Shown: positions 1 through 8,461 of the stretch, piece after piece
Position numbering within the stretch: position 1 is the first letter of the stretch
How the letters are laid out: each line of letters begins with the position of its first letter
Assembly: GCA_037445065.1 (NCBI GenBank)
Contig: JBBILD010000005.1
Location: 96,001-160,000, forward strand
From: Myxococcales bacterium
Lineage (GTDB): Bacteria; Desulfobacterota; Binatia; HRBIN30
Reading direction: 5' to 3'
Length of the DNA: 64,000 bases
Notes under the pieces: generated by a model
Told to the model about the DNA's origin: nothing
Database searches by the model: none
Seen by the model: the letters and a program-made list of their open reading frames with translations, nothing else
Made by a program: the position numbers and the translations under genes

Positions 1-44
1 GTCTTTGAGCACACGGGCGGCGAGCAAGTCAACCGCCTGATCCA

Positions 45-935
45 CTACCACCCTCCCTCCACGGCAAAGCGCAAAAGACCGGCTGCCTTCCGGTAGGCGA
101 CGTCGTTCTTGCCCTTGCGCTCCAGCCATTTCGCAACCAGCGTGCGAACCGGTTCCATACGCAGGACAGCTGCGATCACCGGGTGGAATACCACCCGCTG
201 CCGCAAAGGCCGTGGCCGGAAACCCATAGCGAATTTGAATTCGTCGAGCGGCCCCACTGGTTCGAGCGATTCAAGCCCGAAGGTAATCTCTCGCACTCCG
301 CGTCGGACCAGCATTTCCTCGCTGACGAAGTAAATCAGCGCATTGTTCGGGTAGGCGCCGCGCTCTTCTCGGCACGACCTGGCAAGCAAAAATTCCACGG
401 AATCCTCGAAGCTCACTGTCACCAGAAAGGCCGCCAACCGCCCGTCCACCCATGCCGCCCAAACCTCAAAGCCCGGGGATTCTTGCGCCGCGTCCCAGAA
501 GCGCTCCCAACGCGCTTCACTCCACGCAGACTCTCGCCCCTGCCTGGCCAGCGTCTCCACGTGCGCTGCAAACCCTTGCTCGCGCAAGACTTGAAAACTC
601 GCCGGCCCGACTTCGCACCGGCGCAAGCCCCGGCGGACTTTACTGCGCTGATTCGCGCTGAGCACTGCAAGGCCGTAACGAGGATGATCACACACGATTT
701 GGTAGCTCAGTTTCCCACGCGCACCTAATGGCGCGGCGTACCGCACCCCGAGGCAGCGAGCTGAGCGGAACAAGCCGCGCAGCTCCTCTTCGTCAACCTG
801 GTATTCGCGGTGGTGAGGCGCCGCCAAACAAAAGCGGCGATCTACTTCGTACCAGAAGGTCGTAGGCGTTCTGTGAACTCGGTGGCCGAGCCTTGCTAGA
901 AACTCTGCATACGACTCAGCGGTTGCCACCGGCAC
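45..935 (-). CDS. FemAB-like/GNAT-fold protein, EPS-associated
   Basis: 296 aa; 'SANQRSKVRRGLRR' and C-terminal 'LDEFKFAMGF' typical of FemAB/Acetyltransf_6 proteins; AAGGAG SD 9 nt before GTG. Confidence 0.65.
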   Translation of the reverse strand: MPVATAESYAEFLARLGHRVHRTPTTFWYEVDRRFCLAAPHHREYQVDEEELRGLFRSARCLGVRYAAPLGARGKLSYQIVCDHPRYGLAVLSANQRSKVRRGLRRCEVGPASFQVLREQGFAAHVETLARQGRESAWSEARWERFWDAAQESPGFEVWAAWVDGRLAAFLVTVSFEDSVEFLLARSCREERGAYPNNALIYFVSEEMLVRRGVREITFGLESLEPVGPLDEFKFAMGFRPRPLRQRVVFHPVIAAVLRMEPVRTLVAKWLERKGKNDVAYRKAAGLLRFAVEGGW

Positions 936-948
936 AGGGAGACACTCC

Positions 949-2385
949 TTACACGGCCGCGAGCTGGCGCATATCTGCCAAGATCAATCGCCGCAGGACC
1001 ACCCCCAACCCAACCAGCCAGAACAACAGAACGAACTGCCAGAGATCCGCGAACAGCGAAAAAAACAAAAAGGCCACAAAACTGGCCTTACAGGCTTTCA
1101 CGATCCACAAAAGGTCGTACAGGCCAGACTCCGGATGCGAACTCAACCAGCGGTCAGCCAGAACGAAGTTTCGCCATGTTCGCCAAAACAACACCAAAAA
1201 GGCCGCCAGGCAAAACAGACCACCTTCCACCAAGGCGAGAAGGTAGGAGCTGTGTGGGGCCGCAGTGGATCGAGCGGGATCTTTGAGAAAACGCGCCACC
1301 TCCCAGTTCCCCGCGCCCACCCCAAGGAACGGACTCTCCAGAAACAACTGCCAAGCGATTTCCCAGGATCGGGAGCGCCGCTCGAGGGAGCCGGCTCCCT
1401 CTCCAACCGCGGCCTGTTGCGTACCGGGCAGGTTGGTAATGCGCTCGAGGCTGCGCTCGGGAACGAATTGCGCGACAAGCACGATCAGCAAAAGCGCCCC
1501 AAATAGATAGTTCAGCAAGGTGCGCAGGCTCACACGCTCGTCCACCAAAATCGCTGCCACACACACAGACAAACCCAGCAAACCGCTGCGCGACGCAGTC
1601 ATGAACACCGCCAAAGCCATGACCGCAATGGCTAACAACAGCGCCGAGCGTACACCCGGAAGGCGCATCGTCCGGCGCAAGTACCACAGGCCAGCCACAG
1701 AAAGCACAGCGAGCATGGCTAGTCGGTTCGGGTTGTACGCGGCCGCGACCAGTCGCGCCTCTGTGGTTGCACGGTACCCGTACAAGCCACCTCCCTGCAA
1801 GACAGCCTGGACACCCGTGAGCGCGCTCATGACCATGAAGGTCAACCCCAACAAATAAATCATGCGGACGTGGTCGGGCGAACGGATGAATACGATGAAG
1901 AACAACGTAAAGGCCACCCGGTTCGCATAGATTCGCATGTTCGCGGCGCTGAGTTCTTCCTGCCCCAGCAAGTGCAAAGTCAACGGATCTGGACCATTGA
2001 GCCGCCCCGACAAGTAGTACATCAGCACCGTGAACCCGAGCAGCTGGATCTCTGGTGTGGTGAGGAACGACCAATCACGCTCCCGATAAACCCGGTACGC
2101 AAGCAACACGAGAAAGACCAGGCCGAGAACGTTGTTGATGGTCAGGAACCCGCGCCCTGCCAACGCAGCTGGGTACGTAATCAAAAAGGTCGACAAAAAT
2201 ACGGCGATTCCATAATGGGGCCGGCTCACGACGATCCCCGCGAGGATGAGGCCCGCCAAGATCACCAGGGCAGCGCCGCCCAGGATATACGAACCTAGGC
2301 CGATCCCCGAGCCCAGCAGAACAAACAAGACGACCGGCAAAAGCGCCTGCTCGCTCGAGCGGGGAAAACTGCCGACGGACTGCAC
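949..2385 (-). CDS. O-antigen ligase/Wzy polymerase family membrane protein
   Basis: Multi-TM; 'NPNRLA', 'TASRSG', 'PFLGVGAGNW', 'PHSSYL' Wzy_C motifs; in EPS operon. Confidence 0.85.
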   Translation of the reverse strand: MQSVGSFPRSSEQALLPVVLFVLLGSGIGLGSYILGGAALVILAGLILAGIVVSRPHYGIAVFLSTFLITYPAALAGRGFLTINNVLGLVFLVLLAYRVYRERDWSFLTTPEIQLLGFTVLMYYLSGRLNGPDPLTLHLLGQEELSAANMRIYANRVAFTLFFIVFIRSPDHVRMIYLLGLTFMVMSALTGVQAVLQGGGLYGYRATTEARLVAAAYNPNRLAMLAVLSVAGLWYLRRTMRLPGVRSALLLAIAVMALAVFMTASRSGLLGLSVCVAAILVDERVSLRTLLNYLFGALLLIVLVAQFVPERSLERITNLPGTQQAAVGEGAGSLERRSRSWEIAWQLFLESPFLGVGAGNWEVARFLKDPARSTAAPHSSYLLALVEGGLFCLAAFLVLFWRTWRNFVLADRWLSSHPESGLYDLLWIVKACKASFVAFLFFSLFADLWQFVLLFWLVGLGVVLRRLILADMRQLAAV

Positions 2386-2412
2386 CGGACTCCCAGCTCC
2401 TAGCTTGCTCGT

Positions 2413-3135
2413 CTAGAGCAAATTTTCGATGAACGCGGGAATGTAGGACCTCTGACGGTTCAGAACGACTCCTAGGATGCGGGCTCCCACCTTATCCAAC
2501 TGCCGTTTCGCTGCTTCCGCTTCAACTACTGGCGTTCGATCCGCTTCGACTACCAGAATCACTCCGTCCACTTTCGGGGCGATCACGCTAGCGTCGGCGT
2601 AGGCGTTCACCGGCGCGACATCCATCACAATGAAGTCAAACTGTGCCTGCAAGCGAGTCAACAGAGCGTCCAGCGCTTCCACCCCCACAGTCGCCGCCGG
2701 CTGCGCGCCCGCGGTGATCACTGACAAGTTCCACTCATCCACGCGCGTTATAATCGCCTCCGGCGCGGCGCGCCCCAAAGCATAATCCGATAGTCCCAGA
2801 GGAGAGTCCACCGGCAGGACGTAGCGCAGGCTCGGACTGCGCAAGTTCGCCTCCATGAACAAAACCCGGGCATCTCTTTCCCGAGCCAAGGCGGTGGACA
2901 AGCCCAAAGCCACAGTGGTTGTACCCTCGCCATGCCGGCTCGAGGTCACCATGATGGTGTGTAGACCGGCGGGCACCGTGATCGAGAGGACGCTCGCACG
3001 CAACCGCTGGTAGTCCTCCTGAATGGCCGCAGAAGGGTCCGCAAGCGCTGTTGGTGGCTGAGGTAACGGCTCCTTCAGCCGACCCCGCTCCCGCTCTTCC
3101 TCGGCTTTTTTCAGCGCCTCATAGATCTTACTCAC
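2413..3135 (-). CDS. CpsD/CapB-family BY-kinase homolog, probably a pseudokinase
   Basis: 'MSKIYEALKKAEEE' N-terminus, P-loop region GEGTTT, 'DGVILVV', 'ILGVVLN'; catalytic Lys and DxD altered. Confidence 0.85.
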   Translation of the reverse strand: MSKIYEALKKAEEERERGRLKEPLPQPPTALADPSAAIQEDYQRLRASVLSITVPAGLHTIMVTSSRHGEGTTTVALGLSTALARERDARVLFMEANLRSPSLRYVLPVDSPLGLSDYALGRAAPEAIITRVDEWNLSVITAGAQPAATVGVEALDALLTRLQAQFDFIVMDVAPVNAYADASVIAPKVDGVILVVEADRTPVVEAEAAKRQLDKVGARILGVVLNRQRSYIPAFIENLL

Positions 3136-3175
3136 GATGGCTTCCGTTCGTTCCGCAGCGAGCTAGCACCAACTC

Positions 3176-4735
3176 TCAAGCTCGCGGGGTATCGCGAATG
3201 GTCCCCAGCAACGGTAACCCCAGGAACCGCACCACATCGGCTTCTGACCGTAAAGAACGCGAAACATACTCTCTCACAAATGCGCCACCGATTCCAACCA
3301 CAAGACCTGCAAGGATGGCAAGAGTCGCGGACACTCGGCGTGTATCCACTTGCGGCAGCGGCAAAGCCGGCCTTTGCACTACGTTGACGTTGACCAGTTT
3401 CTGCTCGTCCATCGCCCGGCTAATGCGCGCTTCTTGCTCGCGCTTGACATAGAGTTCATAGCTATCGCGGCGCGTCTTCACTTCTTGCTCCAGCCGTTCG
3501 AACTCCACGGCTTTTTCGCGCAGGGTCACCAGCCGCCGAGTGGCACGGCTCAGCTCGTCTTCCAACGCGGCCTGACGAGCCCGCATCTCACTGAGTTGGC
3601 TTTCCAAGTCGAGCAAGACCCGCAGCCGTTCTTCACGCAAGGGGTTGGTACGATAAAGCTGGTGCGACACAATGGTGGGCCGGTCGCGCAGCTCGGCCTC
3701 GAGCGCCGAGCGAAGCTCCTGAATTTCCTCCTCATTGTCACGCACGTGACGGTCCTTTTCGGTGTATTTGCGCAGTAACGCAACACGGTCCACCTGGCGG
3801 TCTACCAACTGCGAGGTCAACTGCGTGATCACCGGGTTGATCTCGAGCGACTGTGATCGTTTGACCACCTCGGGTTGCTGCGCAATCTGCTCCCGCAGGA
3901 CCCTCAACCGCTCCTCCGTCCCCGCGACTCCAGCATTGATGTCCCGCAAAGCACTGCTGAGCTCCCCGACCATCCGGACTGAGGTCGCAATCTCATCTAC
4001 TGGGGAAACAATCCCTTCCTTGGCCGTGAATTGGATCAGCGCTTCCTCGGCTTTGCGCAGCTCTTTCTCTAAAACCTTGCGCTGCTCGTCGTAAAACCGG
4101 GGAAGTTCCTTGTTACCGTGCACCTCGGCGTGATAGGCCATGTATTCATCCACCAGCCGGTTCACGACCCGCGCTGCATAAGCAGCGTCGGAATGGCGGT
4201 AGTCAATTTGGATCACGTTCGACGCCTTGATCGGGGTCACCGACAGGGCACTCTGGAGGGCCTGCAGTTGAGCGGCAATATTCACGGGTTTTGCAGCCAC
4301 CGGAGCGACGCCACCGTTCTCTGGCATTGCTAAGGAGCGAGCAACCGTCTCGAGCAAATCTCGGCTATTCACGATGTGAACCTCGGTGTTCACCAAAGCC
4401 TCGTTCAACTGCACCGGCTCGAGCTTGGTCACGTCCGTGGGCTGGACCGTTGGATCGGTACGGGAAGCCGAGATCATGATTTTCGCCGTGGCCACGTACT
4501 TCGGGCGCTGCAAGATGGTTCCCAGCAGTCCGGGTAAAGCAACGGCGAGAAACAGACCTCCGATCAAGCGCTTGTGCTTAAAAAGCACATGCAGCAAGTC
4601 GCGCACTTGGTCGGCCGCCGCTGCGTTCCACCCCCCGTTGCCGTTCCACCCGTAGTTGTTTGCGGCGACATTCGCGCCGCCCATGGAAACGGTGTTTCTT
4701 ATGTTGTTAGGCCGCCGTTGCGGTTCGAACGCCAT
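3176..4735 (-). CDS. Polysaccharide co-polymerase (Wzz/GumC, Wzc N-terminal part)
   Basis: Two TM segments flanking a long coiled coil; 'PKYVATAKIMI'; C-terminal 'LGLPLLGTI'. Confidence 0.88.
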   Translation of the reverse strand: MAFEPQRRPNNIRNTVSMGGANVAANNYGWNGNGGWNAAAADQVRDLLHVLFKHKRLIGGLFLAVALPGLLGTILQRPKYVATAKIMISASRTDPTVQPTDVTKLEPVQLNEALVNTEVHIVNSRDLLETVARSLAMPENGGVAPVAAKPVNIAAQLQALQSALSVTPIKASNVIQIDYRHSDAAYAARVVNRLVDEYMAYHAEVHGNKELPRFYDEQRKVLEKELRKAEEALIQFTAKEGIVSPVDEIATSVRMVGELSSALRDINAGVAGTEERLRVLREQIAQQPEVVKRSQSLEINPVITQLTSQLVDRQVDRVALLRKYTEKDRHVRDNEEEIQELRSALEAELRDRPTIVSHQLYRTNPLREERLRVLLDLESQLSEMRARQAALEDELSRATRRLVTLREKAVEFERLEQEVKTRRDSYELYVKREQEARISRAMDEQKLVNVNVVQRPALPLPQVDTRRVSATLAILAGLVVGIGGAFVREYVSRSLRSEADVVRFLGLPLLGTIRDTPRA

Positions 4736-4764
4736 GTTTTTGTCCCGTTTCTATCAGCCGGAAA

Positions 4765-5499
4765 CTAAAACGTGGTGCCTGCCCCCACGCGCGGCTCGAC
4801 CGGCAAGAGCCCCCGGATGTACAGCCGCACAAACGCGTTGACATCCCCGATAAAGGTCCGCGGAACATACAGGATATCGCCGGGACGAAGCTCCACGTCT
4901 TCGGGGGAGCCGCTGCGTAAAGCCTGCGCGAGATCCAGCCTGGTTCCCTGATACTCTTCTTCCCCGGGAGACAGGCGCAAGACGCTGTCCACCCGTGCCG
5001 TGTCCAAAAACCCGCCGCGGTCGGCAATTGCCTGCAGGGGCGTCATCCCCTCGCGATAGGGGACAATCCCCGGCACCCTCACTTCTCCCATTACGTACAC
5101 TTTGAGTTCGGCCGTCTGGGCCACAAGGACGGAGACCTCCGGTTCCCGCAAGCGGTCCTTGGTCCGCTCGACGATCTCCTGCGCCAGTTCCTCGGCCGTT
5201 CGGCCTGCAGCCTGAATGTCTCCTCCGAGTTGAAGAGTGATGCTCCCGTCCGGCCGCACCAACGTCTTGATGTCCAACTCCGGGTGGTACAAAAACTTGA
5301 TCCGCAGTAGGTCTCCGGGCTTGATGCGGTACGGAGCCGCTTGCCCAGGCGGCAATGGAAGCGGTGCATCCAAGGGAGGTAATGCTGCCATGGGAGCACC
5401 TTGCCGGCTACACCCAGCACCCAGGGCGGCGATCGACAACGCGGCGAACACAGCAGCACGAAGTCGATTACGCACGGGTCTCTCCCTCCCGGTCTGCAT
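4765..5499 (-). CDS. wza: Polysaccharide export OPX/Wza-family lipoprotein
   Basis: Lipobox-like LGAGC, Poly_export 'VRPDGSITL', SLBB 'VYVMGEVRVPG', 'LRPGDILYVP'; true start may be GTG at 5475 after GGAGG. Confidence 0.88.
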   Translation of the reverse strand: MQTGRERPVRNRLRAAVFAALSIAALGAGCSRQGAPMAALPPLDAPLPLPPGQAAPYRIKPGDLLRIKFLYHPELDIKTLVRPDGSITLQLGGDIQAAGRTAEELAQEIVERTKDRLREPEVSVLVAQTAELKVYVMGEVRVPGIVPYREGMTPLQAIADRGGFLDTARVDSVLRLSPGEEEYQGTRLDLAQALRSGSPEDVELRPGDILYVPRTFIGDVNAFVRLYIRGLLPVEPRVGAGTTF

Positions 5500-6778
5500 C
5501 CGCCGGCTTATACGAACTCGTCAAGTGGGTATCAACACCTAAAACCGTGCCTCCCCGGCCGTTGCACGCAAGCTCGGCAATTTGCACGCCTTTCTCCCGT
5601 CCACCCAGCACGGTTCGGAACCACGCTTCCAGCTCGGCTCCCGCCTCCTCCACAGAGGGCAGCCGCGCCGCAAAAAGGCACGCCGCGGCAACCAAGCGTT
5701 GGCGAAAGGCGCTGTCTGCGCAAGCGTTCACGAGGATCCGCGCTAAGGATTGCGCATCCCCATCTCTAAATACAGCTGCCGGCTCTGGCCAATCCAAAGC
5801 GGCGGCAACACTAGCCCCTAATACAGTGGGTTTGCCGAGAACCGTGTAGTTCACGAGCTTCACGGGGAAACCTGACCATGAACTGCGCGGACAAACCAGC
5901 ACGTCCGCACGGCGCAATGTCGCCATCACTTCCTGCCCTCCCGCCGCCCAAACCACCCGGGCTCGGCCGTCGCGGATCAGTGCTGCAAGAGCCTGAGGCA
6001 AGCGCCGATTCCAGGCTGCTTCATGAGTAACCAAAAGTAACGTGAGCGTGAGGGGCCCGTTCGCCGTACACTCGATCGCCTGGGCCAACACATCGAGGTC
6101 CTGGTACGCATCTAAATTGCCTGCATATGCAACCAAGTAACGCCTGCGGAAGCTTACCAGCCTCTCCGTGCCGCTCTCACGCGCAGCATCTCGCGGCGGG
6201 GGGCACAGCAACACAGGGAGGCGCTCGATCCCACAACTCCTCAGTTCTTCGAGTTGGGCTCGGCTGAGCACAATCACTGCGTCCGCTCGACTCGGAATTT
6301 CCCGGTCCAGCCAAGCCCCGAAGGCTCCCATCGTGCGACAGACCCATCCGGCACGGAAATACGCCGGCAACTCGTCGCGCAAAAGGTTGTGCGCGTGGTA
6401 GACCACCGGTATCCGCCTCGGATAGCGCGCTAGCCAAGCGATCAGCGGCCCTTCGTAATTATGCGCGTGAATCAGATCGAAACGATGCCGGCGCAACAAA
6501 GTGCGCAAGCGCACGCAAACGGCAAGATCCATCAGACCCTTCCACACAATCCAAGGCAAAACATGCCTCGCCCACAGCAACGACCTTCCCGCCTGGTGCA
6601 CGCGCACGTTTTCCCTCTGCAAGACTCGGCGTCCTCGTGCGCTGTAACAGACCACGTGGACCTCGCATCCTCGTCGCGCCAGAGCCTCGGCCAATTGACG
6701 GATCAACACTTGGGAGCCCCGCGGCGCCAGAAAAGGGCCGGGCGCCACCACGGCGATCCGCATGCCGCCCGCGCGCAT
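5468..6778 (-). CDS. Glycosyltransferase family 4 (GT-B)
   Basis: 'DLIHAHNYEG', 'VYHAHN', 'YAGNLDAYQD', 'GFPVKLVNY'; start placed at 6778 (or 6763) after AGGAG rather than ORF-track 6898. Confidence 0.85.
   Translation of the reverse strand: MRAGGMRIAVVAPGPFLAPRGSQVLIRQLAEALARRGCEVHVVCYSARGRRVLQRENVRVHQAGRSLLWARHVLPWIVWKGLMDLAVCVRLRTLLRRHRFDLIHAHNYEGPLIAWLARYPRRIPVVYHAHNLLRDELPAYFRAGWVCRTMGAFGAWLDREIPSRADAVIVLSRAQLEELRSCGIERLPVLLCPPPRDAARESGTERLVSFRRRYLVAYAGNLDAYQDLDVLAQAIECTANGPLTLTLLLVTHEAAWNRRLPQALAALIRDGRARVVWAAGGQEVMATLRRADVLVCPRSSWSGFPVKLVNYTVLGKPTVLGASVAAALDWPEPAAVFRDGDAQSLARILVNACADSAFRQRLVAAACLFAARLPSVEEAGAELEAWFRTVLGGREKGVQIAELACNGRGGTVLGVDTHLTSSYKPADADREGETRA
5507..5535 (-). promoter_or_regulatory. 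Putative sigma-70 promoter for wza, inside the 3' end of the GT4 gene
   Basis: Minus strand TTGATA-N17-TATAAG just upstream of the wza start. Confidence 0.45.
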
Positions 6779-6791
6779 TCGCTCCTGGTCC

Positions 6792-8456
6792 TCAGTCGAG
6801 GTATCCGAGATTGCGCAAACGTTGCTCGAGCTCAGCCTCCTCCAAAGCCGAATACGGGTGCAAAACGTTTTGCGAAAATTGTTCCTGAGGCACAACACAG
6901 CGGCTGGTGCTTACAACGCTGCACAACGTTTCTCCATCGAAAAGTTGTGCCACCGATGTGCCACAAAGGGAGAGAATGGTCGGTGCCATTTGCACCATAT
7001 CCGCCGTAATCACTTCTCCCGTGCGTTCGACCTGTGGACCGGCAAGCGCGAAGATCCCTTCACGACGATGGGTTCCGCTCAGGCCGCCGAGCTTGCCCCC
7101 TTGCCAGCGTGCTCGGTCAAGCTCACTCCAGAGCGGCCCGCGTACGCCGCCACTCGAAGCCAGACTGTAAGAATACCCTCCTGTGGTCTCTGCCAACTCG
7201 ATCAGGAGATCGGGAGCCAGTTCGAGGCAAGGCCCTTCGTACAGCTCCTCCCGGCGCCACACACGCGCAACTGCTGGCGTTTCTCCGCCAGGTGCCGGCA
7301 GCCTCAAGATTGCCTCCGCTACCTCATCACGCACCCGTTCGTAGTCACGCGGCGCCACTCGGCCCGCAGGATCTCTTCCAGCGAGGTTGACCCACAATGA
7401 CGGGCACGTACTCGACTCTTCCGAGAAAACCCAGGTGTTCTTGAAATCGATGCCAGAAAAGCGGCTCCTCGTCTCCAGCTCATTGGCAACTGCGTTCTGC
7501 CTCCAGCGGAAGAAAGGGGCCTGCCACCGCGGAGGAACCCACCTGAGAGCCCAGCGTTTCACTGGTGTGAGATCGAGCACTCGCCGCGCCGGGAGGAAGC
7601 GGAGCCATCCCTGTTCAGCAAGCCAGCGATTCGCGTGAAAAAGCCACCCGCTCGCTCCACCGAAACCATGGTCCGAAAGTAGCAACACATCGGCATCCGG
7701 CACCTCTCTCCACAGCGCCGCCAAGGCCAGATCGAGCCGCTCGAACACCTCCAACAGAACTGATCCGAACTCCGACGCCCCCTCCGGGTCGTACAAGGGA
7801 CTCTGCGGATCGAAGAAGTGCCAATAGTGGTGCGAGGCCGTATCCGATTCGCCGAACAACAGGAAGAAGCAGTCCCACCGCTCCCGTCGCAATAAGACCT
7901 GCGCGAGCCGGAGCTTTCGTTCAATACCTTGCAAAAGTTTCCGCCGCGCCATGCGGTACCACTCGCGGTTGACGACGAACTCTTGAAATTCCGCGAACGG
8001 AAACCCGCCAAGATCGCGAATCAGCGGGGCGGCCGAAGGCGGGTAGACGAAGGAATCATCAGTCTTCGTGGTTACCGGGGTATCAAAACCGCTCACCAAA
8101 ATCCCGTTCACTGGTTCCGGAGGGTAAGTGGCGGGAAGGCCCACAACGCAGATCCGTCGCCCCAACTCGCTCAAAATCTTCCACACGGTGGGGGCTTGCC
8201 GATAGGTGGCGTTCACAAAGCGAACCCGATAGGTCCCAGGCTCTCGCCGAGTAAAATCGAAGATCCCGTGGCGACCGGGATTGACGCCGGTCATGAAGGT
8301 CGTCCAACTCGGAAAGGTCACCGGCGGCCACGGGGCCCGCAACGGCCCGCTCAAACCCAAGCGGCGCAGGCGAGCCAAGGCCGGCAACCGACCTTGCTGC
8401 AACCAAGGTTCAAGGACGTTCCAGGACGCCCCGTCCCAACCAACCACCAACAGCAT
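6792..8456 (-). CDS. Alkaline phosphatase superfamily, type I phosphodiesterase/NPP-like protein
   Basis: 'VVGWDGA', 'PPVTFPSWTTFMTGVNPGRHGIFDF', 'LSDHGFG', 'GTHRREG'. Confidence 0.85.
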   Translation of the reverse strand: MLLVVGWDGASWNVLEPWLQQGRLPALARLRRLGLSGPLRAPWPPVTFPSWTTFMTGVNPGRHGIFDFTRREPGTYRVRFVNATYRQAPTVWKILSELGRRICVVGLPATYPPEPVNGILVSGFDTPVTTKTDDSFVYPPSAAPLIRDLGGFPFAEFQEFVVNREWYRMARRKLLQGIERKLRLAQVLLRRERWDCFFLLFGESDTASHHYWHFFDPQSPLYDPEGASEFGSVLLEVFERLDLALAALWREVPDADVLLLSDHGFGGASGWLFHANRWLAEQGWLRFLPARRVLDLTPVKRWALRWVPPRWQAPFFRWRQNAVANELETRSRFSGIDFKNTWVFSEESSTCPSLWVNLAGRDPAGRVAPRDYERVRDEVAEAILRLPAPGGETPAVARVWRREELYEGPCLELAPDLLIELAETTGGYSYSLASSGGVRGPLWSELDRARWQGGKLGGLSGTHRREGIFALAGPQVERTGEVITADMVQMAPTILSLCGTSVAQLFDGETLCSVVSTSRCVVPQEQFSQNVLHPYSALEEAELEQRLRNLGYLD

Positions 8457-8461
8457 GGCAG

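Noticed and set aside
4765..4860. Short Wza as a helix-less OPX needing a separate beta-barrel partner
   Set aside because: The C-terminus retains an amphipathic helix ('IGDVNAFVRLYIRGLLP') and no barrel gene is in the window, so the claim cannot be supported
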